Shown here in pieces: positions 48,001-57,796 of a stretch of DNA of 64,000 bases. The stretch lies in assembly GCA_041687695.1 (NCBI GenBank), contig JAWLBL010000011.1, positions 32,001-96,000 on the forward strand. The letters are read 5' to 3'. How positions within the stretch are numbered: the first letter of the stretch is position 1; each line of letters opens with the position of its first letter. This DNA comes from Myxococcota bacterium. GTDB taxonomy: Bacteria > Myxococcota_A > UBA9042 > PHBI01 > JAWLBL01. Position numbers and translations under genes: made by a program. The notes beneath the pieces are model-generated. The model had not been told where the DNA came from. It did not search any database and was given only the letters and a program-made list of their open reading frames with translations.

Positions 48001-48892
48001 CATCTTCAAGCACGGCGCCTTCGGCACCGCCGGGCGCAAGGACTCGAACTTCTACACGGCGGCCATCCCCGAGATCCGCGACCGCAACACCGCCCTGACG
48101 GCGCTGTTCGCCGCCAAGGACGTCACCGCGAACCTCGAGACCTCGGAAGGCACCAAGACGCTGACCCTGCCGGGCCGCTCGGGCGACGGGCTCAGCGGCA
48201 CCGGGCCCAAGGACCTGCGCTACTACGCCCTGGTCCCGGCCGAGCAGTTCTCGGCCCTCAACCACGCCTACCGCAAGATCTCGGGCGGCGCCCACATGCC
48301 CATCCTGGACGGCCGCAGCTACCGCGTCCTGCTGGCCACCAGCACCCTGCGCGAGGGCGAAGAGCAACAGAACCGCTTCGCCCAGCACACGCTGACCCGC
48401 GCCCAGTTCGACGCCCTGAAGGACCCCGACCTCCACCGGGTCTGGGCCAACTGGGGCGACAAGATCCGGGTCGTCGGCTACAAGATCGAGCCCGCCGTGG
48501 TCGGCCGCGGCAAGAAGTTCAAGCTGACCACCTACTTCGAGGCGCTCGAGGACATCCCGACCTCCTACAAGATCTTCATGCACATCGACCGGCCGGGCAC
48601 CTCGAACCGCATCCACGGCGACCACTGGCCGCTCGATCTGACGCCCGACGGCGACGAGGGCAAGGTCTGCACCGGCTGCTACCGGACCGACCACTGGATG
48701 AAGGGCGACATCGTCCTCGACGTGTTCGAGACCGAGGTCCCCATCGGCACCCCGTCGGGCCCGCAGGAGATCTGGATGGGCTTCTACCAGCCGTCCGGCG
48801 GCTCGCGCCTCGAGGTCAAGGACTGGGAGCGCGACAAGGCCCGCCACGACGGCCAGAACCGGGTCCGCATCGGCTCGTTCCAGGTGCCCTGA
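45086..48892 (+). CDS. Large GT-C (ArnT/PMT-like) membrane glycosyltransferase with extracytoplasmic domains
   Basis: GLWEPWE, APLETW...LFGASEATTRLAG, GFLSKG, GAFPWS, many TM helices, C-terminal YKIFMHID...HGDHWP...TDHWMKGDIVLD domain. Confidence 0.78.
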   Translation: MTAPDTQPPRSPWSQRLGELAHRWGAPATLALGAALLLFKLGATGLWEPWEMDRADLARTLVERPQVAAAVAPGEGETDLAKRLGAAAEQADVTLRLADPPAAGARGVAAGGRTVNEALELARTEVVAAVVLDLALVAPEPWNDATWTRLAGHVDQALSHLGRAPVLLVAPAGMDTAALGQQLNQARAKLAQQRAFKALGQTPPPNAPEPSDAWAQSLGDGERLQLMTNPSDAELAAALSAAAALDGWTVRFKADGVTHTVAPLETWATAVIYQLFGASEATTRLAGVLFALLALFVLMRVGRDAFGPGVGVLSGLVLLTTPLFYAQARSAAGEAGAILGLTLFAAGLLYQARGASPRTVWTHLATGLVVGFLSKGLFALMIYALMAGGAALVVGTRDRREWLPAVAAVGSLALASLWVLSSDPYGFAGQFRFTHELFSQGPSEYLRNFDYVIHQIGFGAFPWSPLYIIAMAGLLWQAADEQDKKSLLVILWFGIPVVATMAMLKSFNHLVWPAAPAGALAVGLVLKQIATRGLRSNLVALLFLIMFYILFRELRDSPRPLSAFLAFDPPFTTDAGGLRFPESVKVSSLFAYALLAAALIAATHFGGVFAFIRKAASLFARPLPFAIALGASLSLMTLVWFIRVLAKFHEGMRLPTAGELDPVQRGFASSFLASADPVVLVSWLTIAGVLGVIVVRRIFGRPLARPIAAVERLAARLPMPGDARLLMAGGGAWFALGLATLFSVSWPEGYWGEVFGDPSLLLVALATAGAAYAVWRSGVGVVPVVATALGAVGLWLGTRLGRDADLRNWYTVGLTLAGALAYAMALLPRLWRSGYNLALLGGALVAVALVGLTFPLLDRWEQLRFVLYPEASESFTRYLLVGSRASFALYVGILALVFNRFLPSLVSTLVDALSHVGRGRVVVAGLTFAGVLFTVGTVTGLYADLAYNVSQKHIMDTYREAEGLGPRELGDRIFKHGAFGTAGRKDSNFYTAAIPEIRDRNTALTALFAAKDVTANLETSEGTKTLTLPGRSGDGLSGTGPKDLRYYALVPAEQFSALNHAYRKISGGAHMPILDGRSYRVLLATSTLREGEEQQNRFAQHTLTRAQFDALKDPDLHRVWANWGDKIRVVGYKIEPAVVGRGKKFKLTTYFEALEDIPTSYKIFMHIDRPGTSNRIHGDHWPLDLTPDGDEGKVCTGCYRTDHWMKGDIVLDVFETEVPIGTPSGPQEIWMGFYQPSGGSRLEVKDWERDKARHDGQNRVRIGSFQVP

Positions 48893-48895
48893 CCG

Positions 48896-49858
48896 ATGGA
48901 CGCCGCTAGCGCCACGGGCATCGGCGTCGCCTTCGCCGCCCTGGTCGCCCTGCTCGGGGCGGCCATCGGCAGCTTCCTGAACGTCGTCATCTACCGGCTG
49001 CCGCACGGCCTGTCGCTGGTCCGCCCGGCCAGCCGCTGCCCCAGCTGCGAGACCCCCATCAAGCTGCGGCACAACGTCCCGGTCTTCGGCTGGCTGCTCA
49101 TCGGCGGCAAGTGCGCCGCCTGCCGCGCCCCCGTCTCGGCGCGCTACCCGCTGGTCGAGCTGGCCATGGGCCTGGTCGCGCTCGCCCTGTTCCACGATCT
49201 GGCCGGCGGCCTGCTCACCCCCGACGCGCTGGCCGGCCGCGACTTCCTGGTCGACGTCCTGGGCCCCTTCTCCCTGTACCTGGTCTTCGCCGCCGCGCTG
49301 GTGGCCGTGACCTTCATCGATCTGGACTGGTTCCTCATCCCCGACGCCATCAGCCTGCCCGGCATCCCGCTGGGCGTCGCCGCCACCTACGTCGCCGGCC
49401 ACACCATCGGCCTGACGTGGCAGGACAGCATCATCGGCGCCGCCGCCGGCGCCGGCGTCATCGTCGCGGTCATCCTGATCTACGGCTGGGCCACCGGCCG
49501 CCAGGGCATGGGCGGCGGCGACTGGAAGCTGCTCGGCCTCATCGGCGCCTGGCTCGGCTGGCAGGCGCTGCCCTTCGTCCTGTTCGCCGGCTCGATGCAG
49601 GGCCTGCTCATCGCCCTGGTCTTCCGCCGCTCCTTCGCCGTCGAGGAGCTGCCGGACCTCCCGAACGAGCCCGGCGCCGACGGGACGATGGCGGTCTCGG
49701 GGGGCGCCGGCGACGGCCCCGACCCGGGCGGCAAGTCCTTCGGCCAGCTGGCCATCCCCTTCGGGCCCTTCCTGTCGCTCGCCGCCCTCGAGTACCTGCT
49801 CTTCCGCGACGAGATCCGCCACCTGCTCGCCTGGCTGGCCGGCGACACGGGGCTCTGA
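48896..49858 (+). CDS. pilD: Prepilin peptidase / N-methyltransferase
   Basis: GSFLNVVIYRLP, SRCPSC, GKCAAC, SARYPLVE, FIDLD, GMGGGDWKL, IPFGPFL. Confidence 0.96.
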   Translation: MDAASATGIGVAFAALVALLGAAIGSFLNVVIYRLPHGLSLVRPASRCPSCETPIKLRHNVPVFGWLLIGGKCAACRAPVSARYPLVELAMGLVALALFHDLAGGLLTPDALAGRDFLVDVLGPFSLYLVFAAALVAVTFIDLDWFLIPDAISLPGIPLGVAATYVAGHTIGLTWQDSIIGAAAGAGVIVAVILIYGWATGRQGMGGGDWKLLGLIGAWLGWQALPFVLFAGSMQGLLIALVFRRSFAVEELPDLPNEPGADGTMAVSGGAGDGPDPGGKSFGQLAIPFGPFLSLAALEYLLFRDEIRHLLAWLAGDTGL

Positions 49859-49859
49859 G

Positions 49860-51359
49860 GTGCGCTGGGGGCTGCGGGCGCACGTCCTGGTCGCCCTCGC
49901 GCTGGTCCTCGCCCTCGGGCTGACGGTCACCTACGTCGTCACCACCGATCTGCTGCGCTCGGCCGTGCTCGAGGGCCGCATCGCCCGCGTCCGCCAGGCC
50001 ACCAGCCTGACCGCCGCGCGCCTGGCCGAGGTCGACCCCGCGGCCATGCCGGCGGCCCTCGACGCGGTCCGGCCCCTCATCGAGCCCGACGCCGCCTTCG
50101 TGGTCGGCCGCGACCTCACCCCGCGCCTCGCCCCGCCCGACCTGCGCGCCCGCTTCCGCCTCAGCCCGGTGGATCTGCAGCCCTACGCCGGCGACGGCGT
50201 CGCCTGGGCCACGCTGACGGATCTGGACGGCCAGCCCGTGCTCGCCGTGCTGGCCCCCATCGCCACCGCGCCCGAGCTGGCCACCGTCGCCGACGCTGCG
50301 CCGCGGCAGTGGGTGGTCCTGCTCTCGCCCCTCGGCCCGGCCGTGCAGCGCATCGAGGCGCTCGAGGGGATGCTGCTGCTCATCACCCTGGTCATCCTGG
50401 GCCTCGCCGTCATCCCGGGCTACGTTCTGCTGGGTCGCCTGGTGGTCCGGCCCCTGCAGCGGCTGGTCCGGTCGCTGGACCGGGTCGGCGGCGGCGAGTT
50501 CGTCGAGGCCGGGCGGGCCGAGTCGACCACGGGCGAGCTCGAGGCCCTCTTCGGGTCGTTCGACCGCATGACTGGCCAGCTCGAGGCCGACCGCCAGCGC
50601 ATCCAGCTGCAGCTCAGCGAGCTGAAGCTGGCCAACCGCGAGCTCGAGGCCGCCCAGCACCAGCTGGTCGTCAGCGAGAAGCTGGCCACCGTGGGCACCC
50701 TGGCGGCCGGCGTCGCCCACGAGATCGGCAACCCCATCGCGGTCCTCACCGGCTACCTCGAGATCCTGCGCGCCGGCGACCTGCCCCCCGAGCAGCAGGC
50801 CGAGTTCCTGGCCATCATGCAGGGCTCGGTCGAGCGCATCTCGACCATCATCCGGGATCTGTTGGACTTCGCGCGCCCCGTCGACGCCGGCGACGACACC
50901 TGCGACGCCGTCGCGGTCGCCCAGGCCACCGCCAACCTGGTCCGCCCGCAAAAGCGCATGAGGTCGGTCGACCTGGTCCTGGACCTGCCCGACCAGCCCG
51001 TCCCCACCGCCTGCCCGGCCGGGCGCCTCGAGCAGGTCCTGCTGAACCTGCTCTTCAACGCCGCCGACGCCAGCCCCGACGGCGGCCGGGTCACCCTGCA
51101 CGTCGCCGCGCGTGGCCCGCAGGTCGTCGTCACCGTGCGCGACCAGGGCACGGGCATCGACAAGGCGGATCTGGTCCGCATCTTCGACCCGTTCTTCACG
51201 ACCAAGCCGCCCGGCGCCGGCACGGGCCTGGGCCTGAGCATCTGCCACAACATCGCGCAGACCTACGGCGGCCAGATCTCGGCCGAGAGCGAGCGCGGCC
51301 ACGGCGCCAGCTTCACCGTCACCCTGCCCGCCGCCGGCGCCGCCGAGGCGGCGGCCTGA
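49860..51359 (+). CDS. NtrB/PilS-type sensor histidine kinase with HAMP domain
   Basis: [51 protein letters not shown]. Confidence 0.95.
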   Translation: MRWGLRAHVLVALALVLALGLTVTYVVTTDLLRSAVLEGRIARVRQATSLTAARLAEVDPAAMPAALDAVRPLIEPDAAFVVGRDLTPRLAPPDLRARFRLSPVDLQPYAGDGVAWATLTDLDGQPVLAVLAPIATAPELATVADAAPRQWVVLLSPLGPAVQRIEALEGMLLLITLVILGLAVIPGYVLLGRLVVRPLQRLVRSLDRVGGGEFVEAGRAESTTGELEALFGSFDRMTGQLEADRQRIQLQLSELKLANRELEAAQHQLVVSEKLATVGTLAAGVAHEIGNPIAVLTGYLEILRAGDLPPEQQAEFLAIMQGSVERISTIIRDLLDFARPVDAGDDTCDAVAVAQATANLVRPQKRMRSVDLVLDLPDQPVPTACPAGRLEQVLLNLLFNAADASPDGGRVTLHVAARGPQVVVTVRDQGTGIDKADLVRIFDPFFTTKPPGAGTGLGLSICHNIAQTYGGQISAESERGHGASFTVTLPAAGAAEAAA

Positions 51360-51365
51360 CCGGGC

Positions 51366-51785
51366 TCAGAGCAAGACGATCGACGCCAGCACCGCGACCG
51401 AGAGCCCGACCCTCATCCCAACGACGTCGGGCTTGTGCTCGCTCGACGCGCGCTCGCGTCCGCTGACCCGGGCGTGGATGGCGATGGCGACCATGAGCAG
51501 CGGCGCGAAGAGGTTGCCGAAGGCGAACTCGAAGCTCGCCTGGGTTTCGGTCACGATCGCCCCCAGCATCGGCACCCCGACGAAGAGCAGCCCCAGCAGG
51601 ACCAACGCCGCGGTGGCGGCGGCGGAGCTCGGCTCGCTCGCGTACAGCACGCCCACCGCGCCGCCCAGGGCGACGGTCCAGCCGATGGCGTGCCGTTTGA
51701 ACCGGGTCATCCAGGCGTCCGCCTCCTCGGGCGTGAGCGGGCGTCGTTCCTCGCGCTGGGGCTGGTGCAGGTTGAAACTGAACAT
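51366..51785 (-). CDS. Small membrane protein (paralog of 51800..52228)
   Basis: Three to four TM segments; shares FSF, LTxEExxxW and FGNLFAP with its neighbour. Confidence 0.65.
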   Translation of the reverse strand: MFSFNLHQPQREERRPLTPEEADAWMTRFKRHAIGWTVALGGAVGVLYASEPSSAAATAALVLLGLLFVGVPMLGAIVTETQASFEFAFGNLFAPLLMVAIAIHARVSGRERASSEHKPDVVGMRVGLSVAVLASIVLL

Positions 51786-51799
51786 GGGCGACACCTATG

Positions 51800-52228
51800 T
51801 CAGGTCAGCCAGGCGAAGCCGAGGACGTCCACCCACAGCCCGCAGCAGATGCCGACCCAGGTGGGCGAGTGCCGTGCGTAGGCCTTGTGCGGCCCGATGC
51901 GGCTGGCCTTGTGAGCGACCCACAGGGGGAGGACGGGCGCGAAGAGGTTGCCGAAGGCGTCGAAGAAGGTGTCCTCGAGGGTGCCGAAGACGACGCTGAT
52001 CGCCGTGGGCAGCGCCACGACCGCCACCGCCAACGTCCAGAGCAGGAACTTCAGGCTGAACGGGTAGATCTGGTAGGCGAACCAGAGGCCGATCCCCACG
52101 AAGAGGGCCGTGAGGGTGGCCGCGCCGATGAGCCAGCTCTTCCACGAGGCGACCTCCTCGTCGGTCAGCACTTCCTTGGGCTCGGGCCAGGGGCTCTCGC
52201 CCGGCTCGGACTTGAAGCTGAAGCCCAT
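51800..52228 (-). CDS. Small membrane protein (paralog of 51366..51785)
   Basis: AGGAG RBS, MGFSFK..., VLTDEEVASW, FGNLFAP, TM segments. Confidence 0.7.
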   Translation of the reverse strand: MGFSFKSEPGESPWPEPKEVLTDEEVASWKSWLIGAATLTALFVGIGLWFAYQIYPFSLKFLLWTLAVAVVALPTAISVVFGTLEDTFFDAFGNLFAPVLPLWVAHKASRIGPHKAYARHSPTWVGICCGLWVDVLGFAWLT

Positions 52229-52510
52229 GACATCGCTCCTTGTCGCGTTTCGTCGCGCCGCGGTGGGGCAGGGGTGGTTGTCGAGCCTGGCATGATGACC
52301 CGGCCCGCTGAGATGCGCAACCCGTCCCCTGCCGCGGATCAGGCAGATCGAGCGGTAGTTCGGGCCACCGGACTGCACGAGCTCGCTCGTGCTCCGGCAT
52401 GGCGCAGCTCGCTGCGCCCGCGAGGCGACAGTCCCATGCCTTCCCGGGCAGCTAGCTGCCCGGACCGGGACTTTGTCGTCCGCCGCCGCTGGCGGCCTCG
52501 CGCCGGCCAT

Positions 52511-53160
52511 GCGCGGGTGCGGGGGAGTTGCGGAGATCGCACAGCGCAGGCATGGCCTGCGCGGTCCACAGCCGCCTGCGGCGGCGGAACGACACCTCAG
52601 CCCCGCGCGTGGTCGCTGGGGCGTTCGCGCCGGCCATGCCGGCGCTATGGACCGCGCCGGCCATGCCGGCGCTATGGACCGCGCCGGCCATGCCGGCGCT
52701 ATGGACCGCGCCGACCGACCCCGCCACAGCTGCGGAAGGTACTTCAGTGAGCGCGCGGGTGCAGGGGAGTCGCGGAGACGCACAGCGCAGGCATGGCCTG
52801 CGCGGTCCACAGCCGCCTGCGGCGGCGGAACGACACCTCAGCCCCGCGCGTGGTCGCTGGGGCGTTCGCGCCGGCATGGCCGGCGCCATGGACCGCGCGG
52901 GTGCAGGGGAGTCGCGGAGACGCACCGCGCAGGCATGGCCTGCGCGGTCCACAGCCGCCTGCGGCGGCGGAACGACACCTCGGCCCCGAGCGTGGTCGCT
53001 GGGTCGTTCGCGCCGGCCGTGCCGGCGTCAGCGAGCGCGCGGTTGCAGAGGAGCCGCGGAGATCGGACCGCGCAGGCATGGCCTGCGCGGTCCACAGCCG
53101 CCTGCGGCGGCGGAACGACACCTGGGCCCCGAGCGTGGTCGCTGGGTCGTTCACGCGCCG
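52511..53160. repeat. Array of four ~120-140-bp palindromic REP/BIME-like units plus three 27-bp tandem repeats
   Basis: Core gcgcaggcatggcctgcgcggtccacagccgcctgcggcggcggaacgacacct at 52544, 52785, 52927 and 53070; cgcgccggccatgccggcgctatggac x3 at 52626-52706. Confidence 0.9.
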
Positions 53161-53273
53161 TGGCCGTGGCCTCCGCTCCGGCCCCCGGCCCCCGCCGCGC
53201 ACGCCCCCATTGCCTCGCCCGCCGGGGCCGTGCACCATCCGGCCCGGACCCCCAACCCGCGGAGATCCCTGGG

Positions 53274-53927
53274 ATGACCCTCGCGCGCGCGCAGCTCGGC
53301 AGCAGCTTCATCGGCATCGCCGGCCTCATCGGCGTCGGCAAGAGCACCCTGGCCCGCTCGCTGGGCGAGCACCTGGGCCTCGACGTCCACTACGAGCCGG
53401 TCGCCGACAACGCCTATCTCGAGGACTTCTACGCCGAGACGGCCCGCTACAGCTTCGCGATGCAGGTCTACCTGCTCAACCGACGCTTCCAGCAGCACCA
53501 GGAGATCATCTGGCGCGGCCGCGGCGCGGTGCAGGACCGCACCATCTACGAGGACTCCATCTTCGCCAAGGTGCTGACGGACATGGATCTGATGCACCCG
53601 CGCGACTACGAGACCTACGTGGGCCTGTTCCGCAACCTGTCGAACTTCATGTGCCGCCCGAGCGCCATCGTCTACCTCGACGTCGCGCCCGAGACCTGCC
53701 TCGACCGCATCCAGCAGCGCTCGCGCTCGTGCGAGACGGGCATCACCCTCGAGTACCTGACGCGCCTGCGCGACGAGTACGAGCAGTTCGTCGTCGAGAT
53801 CAGCCGCATCATCCCGGTCATCCGGGTCGGCTGGGAGCAGTTCGCCGACGTCGAGGCCATCGCCGACGCCATCAGCCGCGAGATGACCCGCGCCAGCTAC
53901 CTGCGCACGGTGACGCTCACCCCCTGA
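53274..53927 (+). CDS. Deoxynucleoside kinase (dAK/dCK/dGK family)
   Basis: GLIGVGKST P-loop, YEPV, YSFAMQVYLL, QDRTIYEDS, IVYLD, RIQQRSR. Confidence 0.92.
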   Translation: MTLARAQLGSSFIGIAGLIGVGKSTLARSLGEHLGLDVHYEPVADNAYLEDFYAETARYSFAMQVYLLNRRFQQHQEIIWRGRGAVQDRTIYEDSIFAKVLTDMDLMHPRDYETYVGLFRNLSNFMCRPSAIVYLDVAPETCLDRIQQRSRSCETGITLEYLTRLRDEYEQFVVEISRIIPVIRVGWEQFADVEAIADAISREMTRASYLRTVTLTP

Positions 53928-54917
53928 ACGGGGACGGCCGATGCCTCGGTGACGCGGCGGGGCCGACGTGCGGGGCGCATGCGGCGGGGCCATTCACCTG
54001 AATGATGCGACCTCGAGCGCGTCGACGTGGCTTCACATCGCCATGGACGCAGTGGGTTACATCACCGCCGCCGAGCCCCTTTCCAGAGTTGCCTTCCCGT
54101 GGGATGCACGGCGATCGGGGCTTCGTGTCCCGCACTTCATGGCCCGAAACCTACGGAGCATTTCGTGATCATCAAGCCTATCGCCGTCTCGACCCTCGCC
54201 CTGTCGCTCGGCCTGTCGCCGATGGCCTTCGCCCAGGAGGAGGCCGCGCCCGCCGTCGAGACGGTCGTCAAGGACGCCCGAGAGCACTCGGTCAACCTCA
54301 ACCCGCTGGGCGTCATCAGCAACAACTACACGCTCAACTACGAGCGCCTGTTCGGAGGGACCCACGGCCTCCTGGTCGAGCCGTCCTTCGGCTATGCGAG
54401 CGACTCGGACTCCTCGTCCACGGCCTTCGGACTCGACCTGGGATACCGCTGGCACTGGTCGGGCGAGCAGGACTCCGGATTCCTCGGCGTCAACGTCGGC
54501 TACTCGGTCGGCTCGGGCGAGGCCACGGTCACGGTGAACGACATCTCCGAGACGTTCGACGTCGACGTCTCGCAGTTCCGCGTGCTGGCCAACATCGGCC
54601 GCCGCTGGGCCTTCGACTTCGGCCTGAACATCACGGCGCGCATCGGCGCCGGCTACGGCGACTGGAGCGTGTCGACCGACAGCACGAACGAGTCCGCCCA
54701 GCAGGCCGTGAAGATGGTCGACACGGTCCTCGAGTTCCTGCCCTTCGCCTTCGACGGCGAGCTCTCCCTCGGCTGGATCTTCTGAGCCCGATCAAGGCGT
54801 CGGGGCGCCGGGCTCGACCCGGCGCGCCCGTCCTCGCCCAGCCGGTCTCGGCACACGACGACGGCGGCACGACCCGCGCCAGCTACCTGCGCACGGTGAC
54901 GCTCACCCCCTGAACGG
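53885..54917. mobile_element. Putative integrated single-gene islet bounded by 47-bp perfect direct repeats (att-like)
   Basis: gacccgcgccagctacctgcgcacggtgacgctcaccccctgaacgg at 53885-53931 (kinase 3' end) and 54871-54917; no integrase in the window. Confidence 0.6.
54165..54785 (+). CDS. Outer-membrane beta-barrel protein (DUF3575-like)
   Basis: Signal peptide ending PMAFA; SVNLNPLG...TLNYER; amphipathic strands; C-terminal LSLGWIF with terminal Phe. Confidence 0.78.
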   Translation: MIIKPIAVSTLALSLGLSPMAFAQEEAAPAVETVVKDAREHSVNLNPLGVISNNYTLNYERLFGGTHGLLVEPSFGYASDSDSSSTAFGLDLGYRWHWSGEQDSGFLGVNVGYSVGSGEATVTVNDISETFDVDVSQFRVLANIGRRWAFDFGLNITARIGAGYGDWSVSTDSTNESAQQAVKMVDTVLEFLPFAFDGELSLGWIF

Positions 54918-54957
54918 CGCGCGGCCCGATCCCCTCGCTCGGGGACCGGGCCGCGCG
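54918..54957. terminator. GC-rich hairpin, probable bidirectional terminator
   Basis: cgcgcggcccgatcccc-tcgctc-ggggaccgggccgcgcg between convergent genes, directly after the second 47-bp repeat. Confidence 0.6.
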
Positions 54958-54978
54958 TCGATGCGTCAAAGGAATGGG

Positions 54979-55362
54979 TCAGTAGCCTCCGCCCCCGTAG
55001 GGTTTGCAGGCGCTCTTGTCCTTGCCGATGTCCGACTGGCCGGCCGCGGCGACGATGCCCTTGGCCTGCTCGACGGTCAGCACGCCGGCCTTGCGCAGGT
55101 CGTTCACCGCGTGGGCCACGCAGCTGACGTACTCACCGTGGTTCTTCCAGCAGGCCTTGGGGGGACAGAGCTTGTCGATCTTCGGCGGACGCGGAGGGTA
55201 GTAGCCGTCGTTGACGGTGTAGTCGTCCTTGTCGGCGCTCAGCGCCGCCTGATGGGTCGAGGTGGCCGGATCGGGGGCCATGGTGGAGTCGCATCCGCCC
55301 AGCGACAGGGCGAGGAAGGACGCCAACACGACCGCCCGGGCCAACGTGGCCAGGGTGTTCAT
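54979..55362 (-). CDS. Small Cys-rich lipoprotein (WKNHGEYVSCVA domain)
   Basis: Lipobox LSLGGC; CPPKACWKNHGEYVSCVAHAVNDLRKAG...IVAAAGQSDIGKD. Confidence 0.8.
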   Translation of the reverse strand: MNTLATLARAVVLASFLALSLGGCDSTMAPDPATSTHQAALSADKDDYTVNDGYYPPRPPKIDKLCPPKACWKNHGEYVSCVAHAVNDLRKAGVLTVEQAKGIVAAAGQSDIGKDKSACKPYGGGGY

Positions 55363-55586
55363 GGGAACCTCGTGGAGGGGGGAGGGGGGAGCACCCTGCG
55401 GGACGGTGGGTCCCAGCGAAGGGAGTCCCCCTCAGACTAAGGCGTCGTCACGGAGCGTGAAGAGCCAGTGCCGTTTTGGCTCCTCCAGCTCGCTTGCGCC
55501 AGCCGCGGCGCCGTCCCTCGCGCGTCCGGTCGGCGACCCGCTGCCCCGGGCGGGCAGGCGAGCCGCCGTGAGTCGTACCGGCGGGC

Positions 55587-55991
55587 TCAGTAGACGTAGT
55601 CCCCGCCGCCGTCGTCGTAGCCGTCGTCGTAGCCGTCGTCGCAGTAGGCGCCGTCCTTGCCGATGTCCGACTGGCCGGCCGCAGCGACGATGGCGCCGCC
55701 CTCGCGGCCCGAGATGTAGCCCGCCTTGCGCAGATCGTTCACGGCGTGGGCGACGCAGCTGACGTACTCGCCGTGGTTTTCCCAGCAGGCGTCCGGCGGG
55801 CAGGCGCAGTCGACGGTCGGCGGGTAGTAGCAGTCGTTGCCGTCGACGACGGCGTAGTCGCTCTCGGCGGCGAGGGCGGCCTTGTGGGTGTTGGTCGAGT
55901 CGGGGGTCAGCGTCGAGTCGCAGCCGCTCAGGCCGAAGGCGAGGAGCGCCGCGCACACGACCGCGCGGACCGTGGAGGTCATCACGTTCAT
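55587..55991 (-). CDS. Small Cys-rich lipoprotein, paralog of 54979..55362
   Basis: Lipobox FGLSGC; CPPDACWENHGEYVSCVAHAVNDLRKAG...IVAAAGQSDIGKD; DDGY-repeat tail. Confidence 0.8.
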   Translation of the reverse strand: MNVMTSTVRAVVCAALLAFGLSGCDSTLTPDSTNTHKAALAAESDYAVVDGNDCYYPPTVDCACPPDACWENHGEYVSCVAHAVNDLRKAGYISGREGGAIVAAAGQSDIGKDGAYCDDGYDDGYDDGGGDYVY

Positions 55992-56197
55992 GGGTACCTC
56001 TGGTTGTCTGGAGGGAAGTGGGATGCTTGCAGACTTCGAGGCGGGTGGTGGAACCCGCCGGAGAGCACCTCGAGGCTACCGCCCATCGCGACGCTGTGAA
56101 GGTCGCGGGCCCAAACCTGTGCACAGCTGGAATACACCAACGAGGACGCCAGCGTAGGCCGCTTCGGGGTCGGTCGAGCCAGCTCGGCGGCGCCGGC

Positions 56198-57583
<1,386 letters not shown>

Positions 57584-57796
57584 CGTACCTCGGGGCGGGA
57601 CGGGGGCGCGGCGCGCGGGGGCCGGGCCCGGGGTGCGGGTCCCGCGCATCATGCCGCGAGCCCGGCGGCGGGCCAAGGGGCCCGGGGGCGCCGGCCGAAA
57701 CCGAGCCCGGCCTGAACGTTCTGAGTTCCTGGCGTGTTACGGCTGCGCTCGGGCCCCGTCTCCTAGGGGCGAACCGCTGGAGGAGCTCAGTCGCCC

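Noticed and set aside
42920..49930. 2336-aa minus-strand ORF
   Set aside because: Shadow of the glycosyltransferase/pilD genes and an off-frame reading of the DUF6178-like gene; no coherent domain.
52511..53160. Possible CRISPR array, or coding ORFs through the repeats (e.g. N-terminal extensions of 52389..53927 and 51800..52810)
   Set aside because: Inter-repeat sequences are homologous to each other, and the genes have better starts at 53274 and 52228.
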